A DNA stretch of 64,000 nt from Bacillota bacterium (GCA_040880305.1 JBBDIP010000059.1:226-64225), one strand, 5' to 3'; shown: positions 26,803-35,665, counted from the first letter of the stretch. Made by a program: numbers and translations. Notes: generated from the letters alone by a model not told the origin.

Positions 26803-28851
26803 CTATCTTATGGCCGCCACGGCTGCGTTTGCGAACCTCGGGCGCAGCCGGATGGTAGCGTTCGCCTCTCGGCCTGCGTGTACTCTGTTTGTGAGCAGGA
26901 TGACCGCGGTCCCCGTCTCGGGATCGCACCACAAGCTGGTACCGGTGAAACCTGTGTGTCCGAAGGATCTGGGCGAAATCAGGTCGCCGCCGGAAGAGAA
27001 GCGGCGCGGCTTGAGCATCCAGCCCAGCCCCCTGCGTTCTCCCGCCGAAGTCTCCTCAGTGATGGCTGCCGCTACGCAAGACCTGCTCAGAACGTGGACC
27101 CCTTGCCACTCCCCCTGCCCGAGCCACATGAGAGCGTAGCGCGCCACATCCTCCACTGTGCTGAAGAGTCCGGCGTGCCCGGCCACTCCGCCAAGCGCGA
27201 GGGCGTTCTCATCGTGCACCTCGCCCCACATGACCCGGCCGAGGTCGGGGCGATACTCGGTCGCAGCGATCTTGTTCCGCCTATCCGGCGAAGGGAGGAA
27301 GCCGGTGTCGGCCATGCCTAGCGGGCCGAAGACTTCTTTGGCCGCGAACTTGTCGACAGTCGAACCCGTGGTGCGCAGGAGCACTTCGGCCAAGATGATG
27401 AAGCCGAGGTCGCTGTAGACGACCTCTTTGCCCGGCTCTGCCCCCTGGGCGAGACCGAGTCCCGAGATGAACTTCACGATCTCCTCGCCTCGCAGGCCTT
27501 GTTCCCAGAACTTGATGTGCCCCGGGAGGCCCGAAGTGTGAGTCAGGAGGTGCCGCAGAGTGATACGCTCCTTACCGCCTGAGGCGAATTCGGGTATGAA
27601 CACGGCGACAGGGTCGTCCAGTCTGAAAAGCCCGCGCTCGCAGGCGATTAGCACCGACGGCGTGGTGGCCAGGACCTTGGTCAAGCTCGCCATGTCGAAC
27701 ACGGTGAACGGCGTGGCCGGTATCCTCTCGGGGGTGCGCACGGCCCAGCCGAAAGCCCTGGGCCCGACCACAGTACCGTTATGCACGATGGCAGCCACGG
27801 CGCCCGGTATGTCGCCCTCCCCGTCGCCGACTGCCGTTCCCACAACTCCGAAAGCCCGTTCGACCTGGACCTCATCCAGGCCGGCTTCTCCGGCCGACCC
27901 AAAGCGCAGCCTCGGAGACGGCGTCAGCATCTGCGGAGCCGAAGGCAGCGGGGCAACGCCAAGAGCCGCCTCGCGGATAGCCCCGCGGTGCTTCTCCAGC
28001 GTACCGGCGGCTTCGTCCACGGGGATCCCCCTCCGAAGCGAAACCAGCGCCACGCCGATATCGCCTTTGGAGGCTGTGAAAGCTGCCTCGACCTCGCCGG
28101 CAGTCTTTTCGGTGGCTTCAATCAGGATCCTTCGGGCTCGCCCCGACAGTTTGATGTTTTTGGGGCTGGTGCCGGCCATGAGGTTTGAGTAAGTCCGTCC
28201 GGCCATAATCATGCCTGCTGTGGATATCATGTTGAGGACCAATTTCTGCGCGGTGCCGTTCTTCATCCTGGTTGAACCGGCGATGACCTCAGGGCCAACA
28301 TCGGGGGCGATGACCAATTCAGCCGACGCCGCCACCATCCCTGAAGCGTCTCCGACAAGGGCGACTGTCGTGGCACCCATCTCGCGTGCGGCTTGTAGCG
28401 CGCCGACAACGAACGGGGTGCTGCCCGATGAGGCGATGCCGACCACGACGTCCCCGGTCCCGGCCTCTTCCTGCGATATCGCCTCACGACCGGCGGGGAT
28501 GCTGTCTTCGGCCCCTTCCACGGCCTTGAAAACCGCTCCTGAACCTCCCGAGATTAGAGCCACGAACCTCTTGCCTGCAGCGCCGTATGTAGGCTCTATC
28601 TCCGAGGCGTCAAGCACCCCCAGCCTGCCGCTGGTGCCGGAGCCTAAGTAGAACACCCTCTTACCGCCCTTGATGGCTGCCGCCACCATCTCAACGGCCC
28701 GGGCGATGTTTTGGACTTCGCGGCCCACGGCCGGGGCCACCCTGTGGTCCTCGGCGTTGATGGCCTCGACGATCCTGATCGCCGGCCAGGTGTCGATGTC
28801 CCGCGTCAACGGGTTTACGGCCTCGGTCTTGGGCAAGTTCTGTCTGTCCAT
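26803..28851 (-). CDS. murQ: fusion: N-acetylmuramic acid 6-phosphate etherase (MurQ) + class-C beta-lactamase-fold serine hydrolase (AmiE-like)
   Basis: 682 aa. The N-terminal ~300 aa form a SIS etherase (NPLTRDID.., GSGTSGRLG, STRMK). The C-terminal ~380 aa carry SLTK (SxxK), YSD and GHTGFTGT motifs. Confidence 0.85.
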   Translation of the reverse strand: MDRQNLPKTEAVNPLTRDIDTWPAIRIVEAINAEDHRVAPAVGREVQNIARAVEMVAAAIKGGKRVFYLGSGTSGRLGVLDASEIEPTYGAAGKRFVALISGGSGAVFKAVEGAEDSIPAGREAISQEEAGTGDVVVGIASSGSTPFVVGALQAAREMGATTVALVGDASGMVAASAELVIAPDVGPEVIAGSTRMKNGTAQKLVLNMISTAGMIMAGRTYSNLMAGTSPKNIKLSGRARRILIEATEKTAGEVEAAFTASKGDIGVALVSLRRGIPVDEAAGTLEKHRGAIREAALGVAPLPSAPQMLTPSPRLRFGSAGEAGLDEVQVERAFGVVGTAVGDGEGDIPGAVAAIVHNGTVVGPRAFGWAVRTPERIPATPFTVFDMASLTKVLATTPSVLIACERGLFRLDDPVAVFIPEFASGGKERITLRHLLTHTSGLPGHIKFWEQGLRGEEIVKFISGLGLAQGAEPGKEVVYSDLGFIILAEVLLRTTGSTVDKFAAKEVFGPLGMADTGFLPSPDRRNKIAATEYRPDLGRVMWGEVHDENALALGGVAGHAGLFSTVEDVARYALMWLGQGEWQGVHVLSRSCVAAAITEETSAGERRGLGWMLKPRRFSSGGDLISPRSFGHTGFTGTSLWCDPETGTAVILLTNRVHAGREANATIRLRPRFANAAVAAIR

Positions 28852-29234
28852 GAGATAACCCCCACGTACCGATGATTAGCTGTAGATAAGGAATCGCCTT
28901 CGCTCGGACAGGAAGTCCCGGGATTGACTCCGCCAGTTCGGTTTCAAGCCCGCCTATGGGGTTGGGGCGGTCAAGCACGACAAAGGCGACCTTTGACCGG
29001 GAGGCCGGTCAGTTGATCCCGTCCCCCGCCTGCGGGTTCGCCCTCCCTAAGGTCGCCGTCGATGCCGTGTTCAGGCGAAAATAGAGCCTTGACGCGGTAC
29101 CCGCTTCGCAACATGAGATCCACGTTGCGCGAGAGGTCCTCGCCAAGGCCCGTGTGGTTGGTGATGAGACCTATGGTTTCCTGCCTGTGTAACCCTCGTT
29201 CAAGAAGCCTTTGGAGACCGGTCTTGACGGTCAA
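28852..29234 (-). pseudogene. namZ: decayed exo-beta-N-acetylmuramidase (DUF1343/NamZ) gene
   Basis: RBS GAAGGAGAG and a TTG start are intact. MTVKTGLQRL..GLITNHTGLGEDL..ALFSPEHGIDGD..TGLPV then jumps out of frame to KVAFVVLDRPNPIGG..IPGLPVR and ends. About 75 aa are missing internally, along with the C-terminal half. Confidence 0.7.
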
Positions 29235-29283
29235 ATAAAGACTCTCCTTCTGGAAGGCTAGCTACAAGCGTGATTCTACCCCC

Positions 29284-29832
29284 CTACCTGATGTCCCTGC
29301 CTCCAAGGCCGGCAGTCACGCTCTTGGGCAGCCCCTTCAGGAGGGCGTATGACAAGACGGTGTTGAGGCCGGCGTGGATCAGGTTGAAAGGGATGATGAT
29401 GGGGACGATCATCCCCGCTACCACCGCCCTTGGGGCGCCCGTGTAGATAGGGGTGACAACCAGGTTGAGCGGCACCATGAGGGCGACTCTGGTGAGGATG
29501 CCTGCCATCATGGAAACGTGCAGTTGGCTGCTCTTCTTCCAGAGGTAACCGATCACCAGCGCCATGCCGCCTGACGCCACGAAGTGCATGAAGGCTCCCC
29601 ACGGGCCGCCTTGCCCCGTCAGCACGACGAACAAGGTAGCGTTCACGAACGCCACCGCGGCTCCAGCGATGGGCCCCACTACCACGGCCGCGACGATGAT
29701 GGGCAGGTCGCCCGGAGAATAGAGCAAGAAGGGCGCGGCTGCCATCACGGGAAAATGGACGAACACCTCAAGGATCAAGGACATTCCCGCGAGGATTCCG
29801 GCGAGGACTAACGGCAGATGCTTTCGGTTCAT
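29284..29832 (-). CDS. ribU: riboflavin ECF transporter S component
   Basis: 182 aa from ATG 29832 (RBS GGGGGAG). Polytopic membrane protein directly downstream of an FMN riboswitch. Confidence 0.8.
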   Translation of the reverse strand: MNRKHLPLVLAGILAGMSLILEVFVHFPVMAAAPFLLYSPGDLPIIVAAVVVGPIAGAAVAFVNATLFVVLTGQGGPWGAFMHFVASGGMALVIGYLWKKSSQLHVSMMAGILTRVALMVPLNLVVTPIYTGAPRAVVAGMIVPIIIPFNLIHAGLNTVLSYALLKGLPKSVTAGLGGRDIR

Positions 29833-29885
29833 TTGGACTCCCCCTCGATAACATGCAGGGGGATCCCCGGGGGGGACACGTTCTT

Positions 29886-30030
29886 CCTGATCTTCTCCCA
29901 TCCGGACTTTACCGTCGGCCCCGGAATTCCACCGGGTCAGTCGCGCATCGGCGCGAGTCGCGGGCTATAGCCGCCGGTCAGGATTGGCGACCTTAGGCCG
30001 CTTCACCTTGCCCCGAAGATCCTCTCCAAC
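29886..30030 (-). promoter_or_regulatory. FMN riboswitch (RFN element)
   Basis: Minus strand reads GAUCUUCGGGGCAAGGUGAA..UCCUGACCGGCGGCUAUAGCCCGCGA..CCCGGUGGAAUUCCGGGGCCGACGGUAAAGUCCGGAUGGGAGAAGAUC. This matches the conserved RFN core blocks. Downstream, CCCCCU (29857-29862) can pair with the ribU SD AGGGGG (29838-45). Confidence 0.93.
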
Positions 30031-30034
30031 CATC

Positions 30035-30064
30035 AAAATACTGCAACCGTCCCTAGTAAGTCAA
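30035..30064 (-). promoter_or_regulatory. candidate promoter of riboswitch-ribU unit
   Basis: Minus strand TTGACT (30064-30059), 18-nt spacer, TATTTT (30040-30035), just upstream of the RFN element. Confidence 0.4.
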
Positions 30065-30075
30065 TGCCTGCCGCT

Positions 30076-30654
30076 TCATTCCAGCAGCTTCCTCCACGCG
30101 GCGCCCTGGTCCTGGTCCAGCTGCCTGGACTGGTGGGCGACGTCTGCCCTGACCAGGGGGTCTTTCATGAGGATCCTCCAGGCTTGCTTGACGCTGTCGA
30201 CGAACTGAGACCTCAAAGGATGCTCGCCTGGATGCCGGATGAGGGGACAGATCAGGGAGCCTGACAGCCGGTCGAGCCGGACGTCCAGGCTGCCGTCGGC
30301 GTCCAGGTAGGGGAGGAGAGGGAAAGTCCTGCACTGAATGGGGCGGCGGTCCCGAGGGCAGGTACCCTTGCACATCACGAACTGCACCAGGCCCTTCCAA
30401 TCAGGAGGGAAGTCGTGATTCCTGGCCAACTGGTATCGCCAGGTGAGCCATGACTCGTCCCCCGTGAACATGCATTCCTCGCCGGGGAGCAAGTACATCC
30501 CGACCCCGGGCTCGTATTCCTGGCAGCACTTGGCGCCGCACAGGTCTCCGCAGTTGCCTTCGACAGCCGGCACGTCCAATAGGGAGTAGACCTTCTCGAA
30601 ATCCTCGTTCCGCAGCATGCTCTTAACCAGATGGCGCCTGCCGTCCAGCCCCAT
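30076..30654 (-). CDS. YkgJ-type Cys-cluster (CxxCxxCC) protein
   Basis: 192 aa from ATG 30654 (RBS GGGGGTGGA). NCGDLCGAKCCQ motif plus later CPRD..C..C residues. The track start at 30729 lacks an RBS. Confidence 0.6.
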   Translation of the reverse strand: MGLDGRRHLVKSMLRNEDFEKVYSLLDVPAVEGNCGDLCGAKCCQEYEPGVGMYLLPGEECMFTGDESWLTWRYQLARNHDFPPDWKGLVQFVMCKGTCPRDRRPIQCRTFPLLPYLDADGSLDVRLDRLSGSLICPLIRHPGEHPLRSQFVDSVKQAWRILMKDPLVRADVAHQSRQLDQDQGAAWRKLLE

Positions 30655-30884
30655 ACGCGTTCCACCCCCCCTCAGGGTAACCCGCGCGCCGCTTGGTGTG
30701 CAAGACTTGATAATCGGAAAACCATACATCCCCGATGCAGGACTTCAGGTGTCAGCGCAGAAACATGCAACTGGAACAAGGTTCAGACGAAGGCCAATGT
30801 TCTCTCAACCGCTCATCTCCGGAGGTGGTCTATGACGCCGCGGTCCGCTTTACGTTCACGGATTCGTGAAGGAGGTGCGAAGTA

Positions 30885-31658
30885 ATGTTCATCGCGGGAA
30901 GAGTGGCGGGCCTATTTACGGTCGTAGCCGCCATGGTATTCACTTTGGTTGGACTAAGTCTGGCCCGCAAGCGGCCATTCCACATGCGCGCCATCCCCGG
31001 CCTCAAAGCAGTAGAGGAAGCGGTAGGCCGCGCGACTGAGATGGGCAAGCCCATCTTCTACAGCCCCGGATACGCCGACGTAGCCGGCACCACCGCTCCG
31101 CCGACCCTAGCGGGCCTGAACCTTCTGGCTCACGTGGGGCGATTGGCGGCCAGGTACAATACCCGGCTTGTGACCACAGTCGGCCACGCGAATACGTATG
31201 CACTGGCGACCGAGATCCTGAGGAATGCCTACGTCGTTGAAGGCAAGGTCGACAGTTTCGACATCGGGAACGTGTACTTCACATCCGAAGTCCAGTTCGC
31301 CTTCACCGCAGCAAGCGTCGGGCTCATCCAGCGCGAGAAACCGGCCACGGCGTTCCTCACCGGGTATTTCGCCGCCGAAGCCATAGTCCTCGCCGAGGCC
31401 ACAGCCGCTACCAATTCGCTTTCCATCTCGGGCACCACGAACTATTTCCAGATTCCTTTCTTTATGGCCGCCTGCGACTACACCATGATAGGCGAGGAAT
31501 TCCTGGCCGCCGGCGCCTTCATCTCCAATGATCCAGACCTTATTGGAAGTATCGCGGGACAGGACTACGTCAAGATTGTGGCGATCTTTGCGCTGCTCCT
31601 GGGCGCCGTCCTAAAGAGCTTCGGAAACGACGCTATTCTTAACCTGCTTAAGCGCTAG
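30885..31658 (+). CDS. uncharacterised membrane-anchored protein (cluster protein 1)
   Basis: 257 aa, RBS GAAGGAGGTG. N-terminal TM helix, ~200-aa soluble region (..GKPIFYSPGYADVAG..), C-terminal hydrophobic helix. No family recognised. Confidence 0.75.
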   Translation: MFIAGRVAGLFTVVAAMVFTLVGLSLARKRPFHMRAIPGLKAVEEAVGRATEMGKPIFYSPGYADVAGTTAPPTLAGLNLLAHVGRLAARYNTRLVTTVGHANTYALATEILRNAYVVEGKVDSFDIGNVYFTSEVQFAFTAASVGLIQREKPATAFLTGYFAAEAIVLAEATAATNSLSISGTTNYFQIPFFMAACDYTMIGEEFLAAGAFISNDPDLIGSIAGQDYVKIVAIFALLLGAVLKSFGNDAILNLLKR

Positions 31659-31673
31659 GGAGGGGGGAGCGAA

Positions 31674-32297
31674 ATGAAAAGGATTCTTCCGGTTTTGGTT
31701 TCGGCCGTGGTCGGACTGATACTCCTGGCGGACTACTTTCTGAAAGTCCCCATCCTAAAGCAGCCGGCCACCGAGATCCAGGACTGGGGCTTGATCGTGT
31801 CGGCCTTCGCTCTGGCGCTGGCGGCGGTCAACCTCTTGCGGATTCACGCAAAGAGGATCGTGAGAAAGGACCGCCAGAGCGTCCACAGCGGCATTTTGAT
31901 CGCGGCGCTCCTGGTCACGGCCTTCTCCGGGATCTTCATGGGTACGACGTCCAAAGTCTTCAAGTTCATCTTCGATTCGACTTTCACGCCGCTGGCCGCG
32001 GTGTTCTACGCCATGACGGCGTTCCATCTGGCCTCGGCCTCCTACCGGGCCTTTCGGGCCAAAAACCTCCAGGCCGTGGCCCTTCTGCTCTCAGGCGTCC
32101 TCTTGATGCTTGGCCGGGCGCCCATCGGCGAGGTCATCTGGAAGGGGTTCCCGACCGTGGCTGACTGGATCGTCAATGTGGTCAACCTGGCCGGGTCTCG
32201 CGGCATCCTCATCAGCACGGCCGTTGGAACAGTAGGCGCGGGCCTCCGCATCCTCGCTGGAATCGACCGCTCCCATCTGGGCAGCGGTGCTGAGTAA
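31674..32297 (+). CDS. uncharacterised polytopic membrane protein (cluster protein 2)
   Basis: 207 aa, RBS GGGAGGGGGGAG. About 5-6 hydrophobic helices. Starts 15 nt after protein 1. Confidence 0.75.
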   Translation: MKRILPVLVSAVVGLILLADYFLKVPILKQPATEIQDWGLIVSAFALALAAVNLLRIHAKRIVRKDRQSVHSGILIAALLVTAFSGIFMGTTSKVFKFIFDSTFTPLAAVFYAMTAFHLASASYRAFRAKNLQAVALLLSGVLLMLGRAPIGEVIWKGFPTVADWIVNVVNLAGSRGILISTAVGTVGAGLRILAGIDRSHLGSGAE

Positions 32298-32309
32298 GGA
32301 GGGAAAAAC

Positions 32310-33140
32310 GTGAAAACCCTAGAAAGGCTCGGTCGGATCGACAGCAGGGTGATCTACGCCCTCCTGATCGTTGCTCTCCTTCTGCCGCTTATGAACCCGA
32401 TCGGACTTCCCATTAGCGTTGGCAAGCACACCACGCGGTCGTTCGGAGTGCTGGACCAGCTTCAATCCGGCGACAAGATCATCATGGACGTGGGCTACTC
32501 CGTCTCAGGCGCAGCCGACGTCGAGCCGCAGACCGTCGCGATCCTGAAGCACCTCTTCGGCAAGGGCGTCCGCATCATCTTCACCGGCAACCAAACCGAA
32601 GGGCCCATGGTCACCGAGAGACTGGTTGCTCCCTACGAGGCGGCCGGCAAGAAGTACGGGGTCGACTTCGTGAACCTGGGATACCTGGCCGGCGGAGAGA
32701 ACGCCATCGCGTCCTACTGCCGGGACCTGAAGAAGTCGTACCCGGTGGATTTCCGCAAGAACTCCACGTCGGATCTGCCGCTCCTGGATGACGTGAACGG
32801 AGCTGCAGACGTGAAAATGTTCGTGTTCTTCACCACCCAGAACTCGGACATGTACGTCCGTCAGGTCACCCAGTTCAAGATCCCCATAGTGGGCGGCCTC
32901 ATCAACACGATCTCACCCCAGGCTGAGCCCTACGTCAACGCAGGACAGCTCGCCGGTATCCTGGTCGGGCTTCGCGGCGGCGCTGAGTACGAGATGCTCA
33001 TGAATTCCCCTGGGCAGGGCGTCGCAAGCATGGACGCGCAGAGCATGGGGCACCTCCTCATCATCGTGTTCATCGCCATCGCCAATCTCTCGTACCTGGC
33101 GAGCAAAAAGGCCACGGCTAAGAAGGGGGGAGCACAGTGA
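32310..33140 (+). CDS. uncharacterised bitopic membrane protein (cluster protein 3)
   Basis: 276 aa, GTG start, RBS AAGGAGGG. TM helix at each end flanking a ~220-aa soluble domain. Confidence 0.75.
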   Translation: MKTLERLGRIDSRVIYALLIVALLLPLMNPIGLPISVGKHTTRSFGVLDQLQSGDKIIMDVGYSVSGAADVEPQTVAILKHLFGKGVRIIFTGNQTEGPMVTERLVAPYEAAGKKYGVDFVNLGYLAGGENAIASYCRDLKKSYPVDFRKNSTSDLPLLDDVNGAADVKMFVFFTTQNSDMYVRQVTQFKIPIVGGLINTISPQAEPYVNAGQLAGILVGLRGGAEYEMLMNSPGQGVASMDAQSMGHLLIIVFIAIANLSYLASKKATAKKGGAQ

Positions 33141-33745
33141 CCAGCGATCCCGTAATCTGGATCTCTTCGATACTGACAGTCATCGGATTCTCCTACCTGT
33201 TCAAGGAGAATGAGTTCTACAGGGCGGTTGAGCACCTGTACGTAGGCGTCGCCGCCGGATACACCGTGGTCATGGGGTACACCAACGTGGTCAACAAGGT
33301 GTGGGGACCCCTCACCAAGAAGTCGCAGTACTCAGTGCTTATCCCCGCGGTCCTTGGGTTCCTCCTGTTCATGCCCTACATCTCGCGGTCCCTGGGATGG
33401 CTTCGAAGACTTCCGGTGGCCGTCATCGTCGCGATTGGCGGGGCTTTGGCTCTTAGGACCGCCGTGGTCGAGCAGTTCATCGGTCAGCTCCGTTCCACCA
33501 TAATCCCCCTAAACAGCATCAACAACATCATCATCGTGCTGGGTGTTGCCGTCACGCTTACCTACTTCATCTTCACGGTCAAACCGAACCCAGTGATGAA
33601 GGTCGGTGTTGAAAGCGGCAAGTGGGTCATAATGGTAACTCTAGGGGCGGCTTTCGGATCGGGCATCATGGGGCGCATCTCGCTCCTCATCGGCAGGCTG
33701 TTTCTGGTGTTCCGAGATTGGATCCCGCTCATCCCCAAGACCTAG
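33137..33745 (+). CDS. uncharacterised polytopic membrane protein (cluster protein 4)
   Basis: 202 aa, GTG start overlapping the protein-3 stop by 4 nt, RBS GAAGGGGGGAG. About 6 hydrophobic helices. Confidence 0.75.
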   Translation: MTSDPVIWISSILTVIGFSYLFKENEFYRAVEHLYVGVAAGYTVVMGYTNVVNKVWGPLTKKSQYSVLIPAVLGFLLFMPYISRSLGWLRRLPVAVIVAIGGALALRTAVVEQFIGQLRSTIIPLNSINNIIIVLGVAVTLTYFIFTVKPNPVMKVGVESGKWVIMVTLGAAFGSGIMGRISLLIGRLFLVFRDWIPLIPKT

Positions 33746-33783
33746 CAGGAAGGCAAGTAAGGCCTAATAGGGAGGGCTTTTCG

Positions 33784-34656
33784 TTGAGGAGACGACCGAT
33801 CGGCTCTTTGCGTACTGCTGCGAGCGAGCCAAGGATGCCGGAGGCTAGCGGGACAGAGGCCGCCGGGATAGAGGCTGTTGGGACGAAGGCTGGCGGAGCG
33901 GGGACGCTTCCCAAGAGGCTTTACCTCTATGATATGACATGGCCTGAAGTTAAGACGGCGCTGCCTGGCGTGAAGGTGGCTATCATCCCGACCGGCTCAA
34001 CGGAGCAGCACGGTCCCCACGGGACATTCGAGGTCGACACCGCTCGTGCCAGGGAGTTTTCGCTGAGGCTGGCGGACCGGGTGTACCCGAGCGCGCTGGT
34101 CACACCTTGCGTGCACTTCGGAATATCCCCGCATCACATGCACTTCCCGGGCACCATCTCGCTCACGGCTGAGACCTTCACCCAGGTCCTCATGGACGTG
34201 GCGCGGTCCTTGTACCAACACGGCATCCGCAGGTTCTTGTTCGTGAACGGGCACGGAGGCAACCGGCCCGCTCTAACCATCGCGATGAACCGGCTACGGC
34301 ACGAGTTGGGCGTCCGGGCGGCAGTAGCCTCGCCGACCACGGTGGCGGCCGACATCATCAAGGAGCGGGTCTCCTCGCCCATCACCGGACACGCTTGCGA
34401 GAGCGAGATGTCACAGGTCCTCTACCTGTACCCGCAGGCGATGAAGAAGGAGAGAGCCGAGAAGGGCAAGATCCGCGAAGAAATCCAGGCCTCCTACGGC
34501 AAACTGGCCGTGGAGGAGGGCCGTTTCTGGGAAGAACTCACCGAGAACGGCGCTCTCGGCGACGCGACGCTTGCCACTGCGGAACTGGGCAAGGAAGTCA
34601 TCGAGGTCGCCCTGGACCGGCTCACGGAGTTTCTCAGAAGGTTCATGGAGAGCTAG
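33784..34656 (+). CDS. creatininase-family amidohydrolase (second copy)
   Basis: TTG 33784 follows RBS AGGGAGGG (alternative ATG 33835). ..IIPTGSTEQHGPHGTFEVD.., FLFVNGHGGN, GHACESEMS. Confidence 0.85.
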   Translation: MRRRPIGSLRTAASEPRMPEASGTEAAGIEAVGTKAGGAGTLPKRLYLYDMTWPEVKTALPGVKVAIIPTGSTEQHGPHGTFEVDTARAREFSLRLADRVYPSALVTPCVHFGISPHHMHFPGTISLTAETFTQVLMDVARSLYQHGIRRFLFVNGHGGNRPALTIAMNRLRHELGVRAAVASPTTVAADIIKERVSSPITGHACESEMSQVLYLYPQAMKKERAEKGKIREEIQASYGKLAVEEGRFWEELTENGALGDATLATAELGKEVIEVALDRLTEFLRRFMES

Positions 34657-34718
34657 AGCGGGAGCCAGAGCGCGCGAACCAAAGCAGAAGAACCAAAGCG
34701 CGGGAAGCAATTTGGTGG

Positions 34719-34755
34719 GCTGCCCTGCCTTGCGGCGGGGCAGCTTTGCTCTGTT
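34719..34755 (+). terminator. candidate terminator after the creatininase-family gene
   Basis: GCTGCCC-12nt-GGGCAGC hairpin followed by a T-rich CTTTGCTCTGTT; weak U-tract. Confidence 0.45.
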
Positions 34756-34873
34756 GCCCAGCCTGCCGCATTCGGTTATCCTGTTACTGGTGTTGTATGC
34801 GCAGCATATCCTCGCGGCGGGACGCCGGTTCCGCGGACGCAACCAAATCCTTTCACTGGAGAGGGTCTTCTGA

Positions 34874-35665
34874 TTGAAGATAGTCGCGCTGATGAAGCAA
34901 GTCCCCGGCACGAGCGATGTCGCTATCGACCCCGAGAGGGGCACTCTCCGGCGTGAGGGCGTCGCTGTCAAGACTAACCCGTATGACCTGCATGCTCTTG
35001 AAGCCGCCTTGGATGTGAGGGACAAGCTGACCGACGGATCAACGGTTTCGGTGGTCAGCATGGGTCCGCCACAGGCGGAGGCCGTTATCCGTGAGTCCTA
35101 CTGGATGGGAGCGGACGGCGGCGCGCTCATGACCGACAGGGCTTTTGCCGGCGCCGACACCCTGGCCACGGCGTTTGCCTTGAGTCAGGCCCTTAAGAAG
35201 CAGGGTTTTGACCTCATCGTGGCCGGGATGCAGTCCACCGACGGCGATACCGCCCAGGTAGGCCCGGGCGTGGCCGAGTTTTTGGGGATCCCCCACGTTT
35301 CCTATGTCCGATCCATCGACGCGGTGAGACCGGACCGGATCGAAGTCACCGCAGACCTTGGGGACCGCTACCTTTCTCAGGAAGTGCAGCTTCCGTGCCT
35401 TATCACTGTAACCAAGGACATAAACCAGCCCAGGCTGCCGTCTTTCCGCAAGCGCAAGGAGACCGCCGGGAGGGCAGTGGATATTGTGAAAGCAGCCGAT
35501 CTTCCTCCCTCGGATGAGCAACACCTGGGTCTGGCCGGGTCTCCCACACGGGTGGAGAAGATTTTCCCGCCCAAGAGGGAGCGCGTGCGAGAAGTATGGG
35601 AAGGCCCTTCAGTCGAACTTGCCGGGCGCTTGGCCACCCTCCTGAAGGAGGTGCTGGAGCCTTGA
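34874..35665 (+). CDS. etfB: electron transfer flavoprotein beta subunit
   Basis: 263 aa, TTG start, RBS GGAGAGGG. MKIVALMKQVPGTSDV..NPYDLHALEAAL. Confidence 0.9.
   Translation: MKIVALMKQVPGTSDVAIDPERGTLRREGVAVKTNPYDLHALEAALDVRDKLTDGSTVSVVSMGPPQAEAVIRESYWMGADGGALMTDRAFAGADTLATAFALSQALKKQGFDLIVAGMQSTDGDTAQVGPGVAEFLGIPHVSYVRSIDAVRPDRIEVTADLGDRYLSQEVQLPCLITVTKDINQPRLPSFRKRKETAGRAVDIVKAADLPPSDEQHLGLAGSPTRVEKIFPPKRERVREVWEGPSVELAGRLATLLKEVLEP

Noticed and set aside
29857-29877. GGGGGATCCCCGGGGGGG palindromic run containing CCCGGG, considered as an R-M-related site or recombination hotspot
   Set aside because: It lies in the riboswitch expression platform and is better explained as anti-SD/anti-anti-SD pairing. 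CCCGGG is common in this GC-rich sequence.
34676-34699. Direct repeat GAACCAAAGC x2 (4-nt spacer) after the second creatininase-family gene
   Set aside because: It is short, isolated and sits just before a terminator hairpin. There is no evidence that it is more than chance or local slippage.
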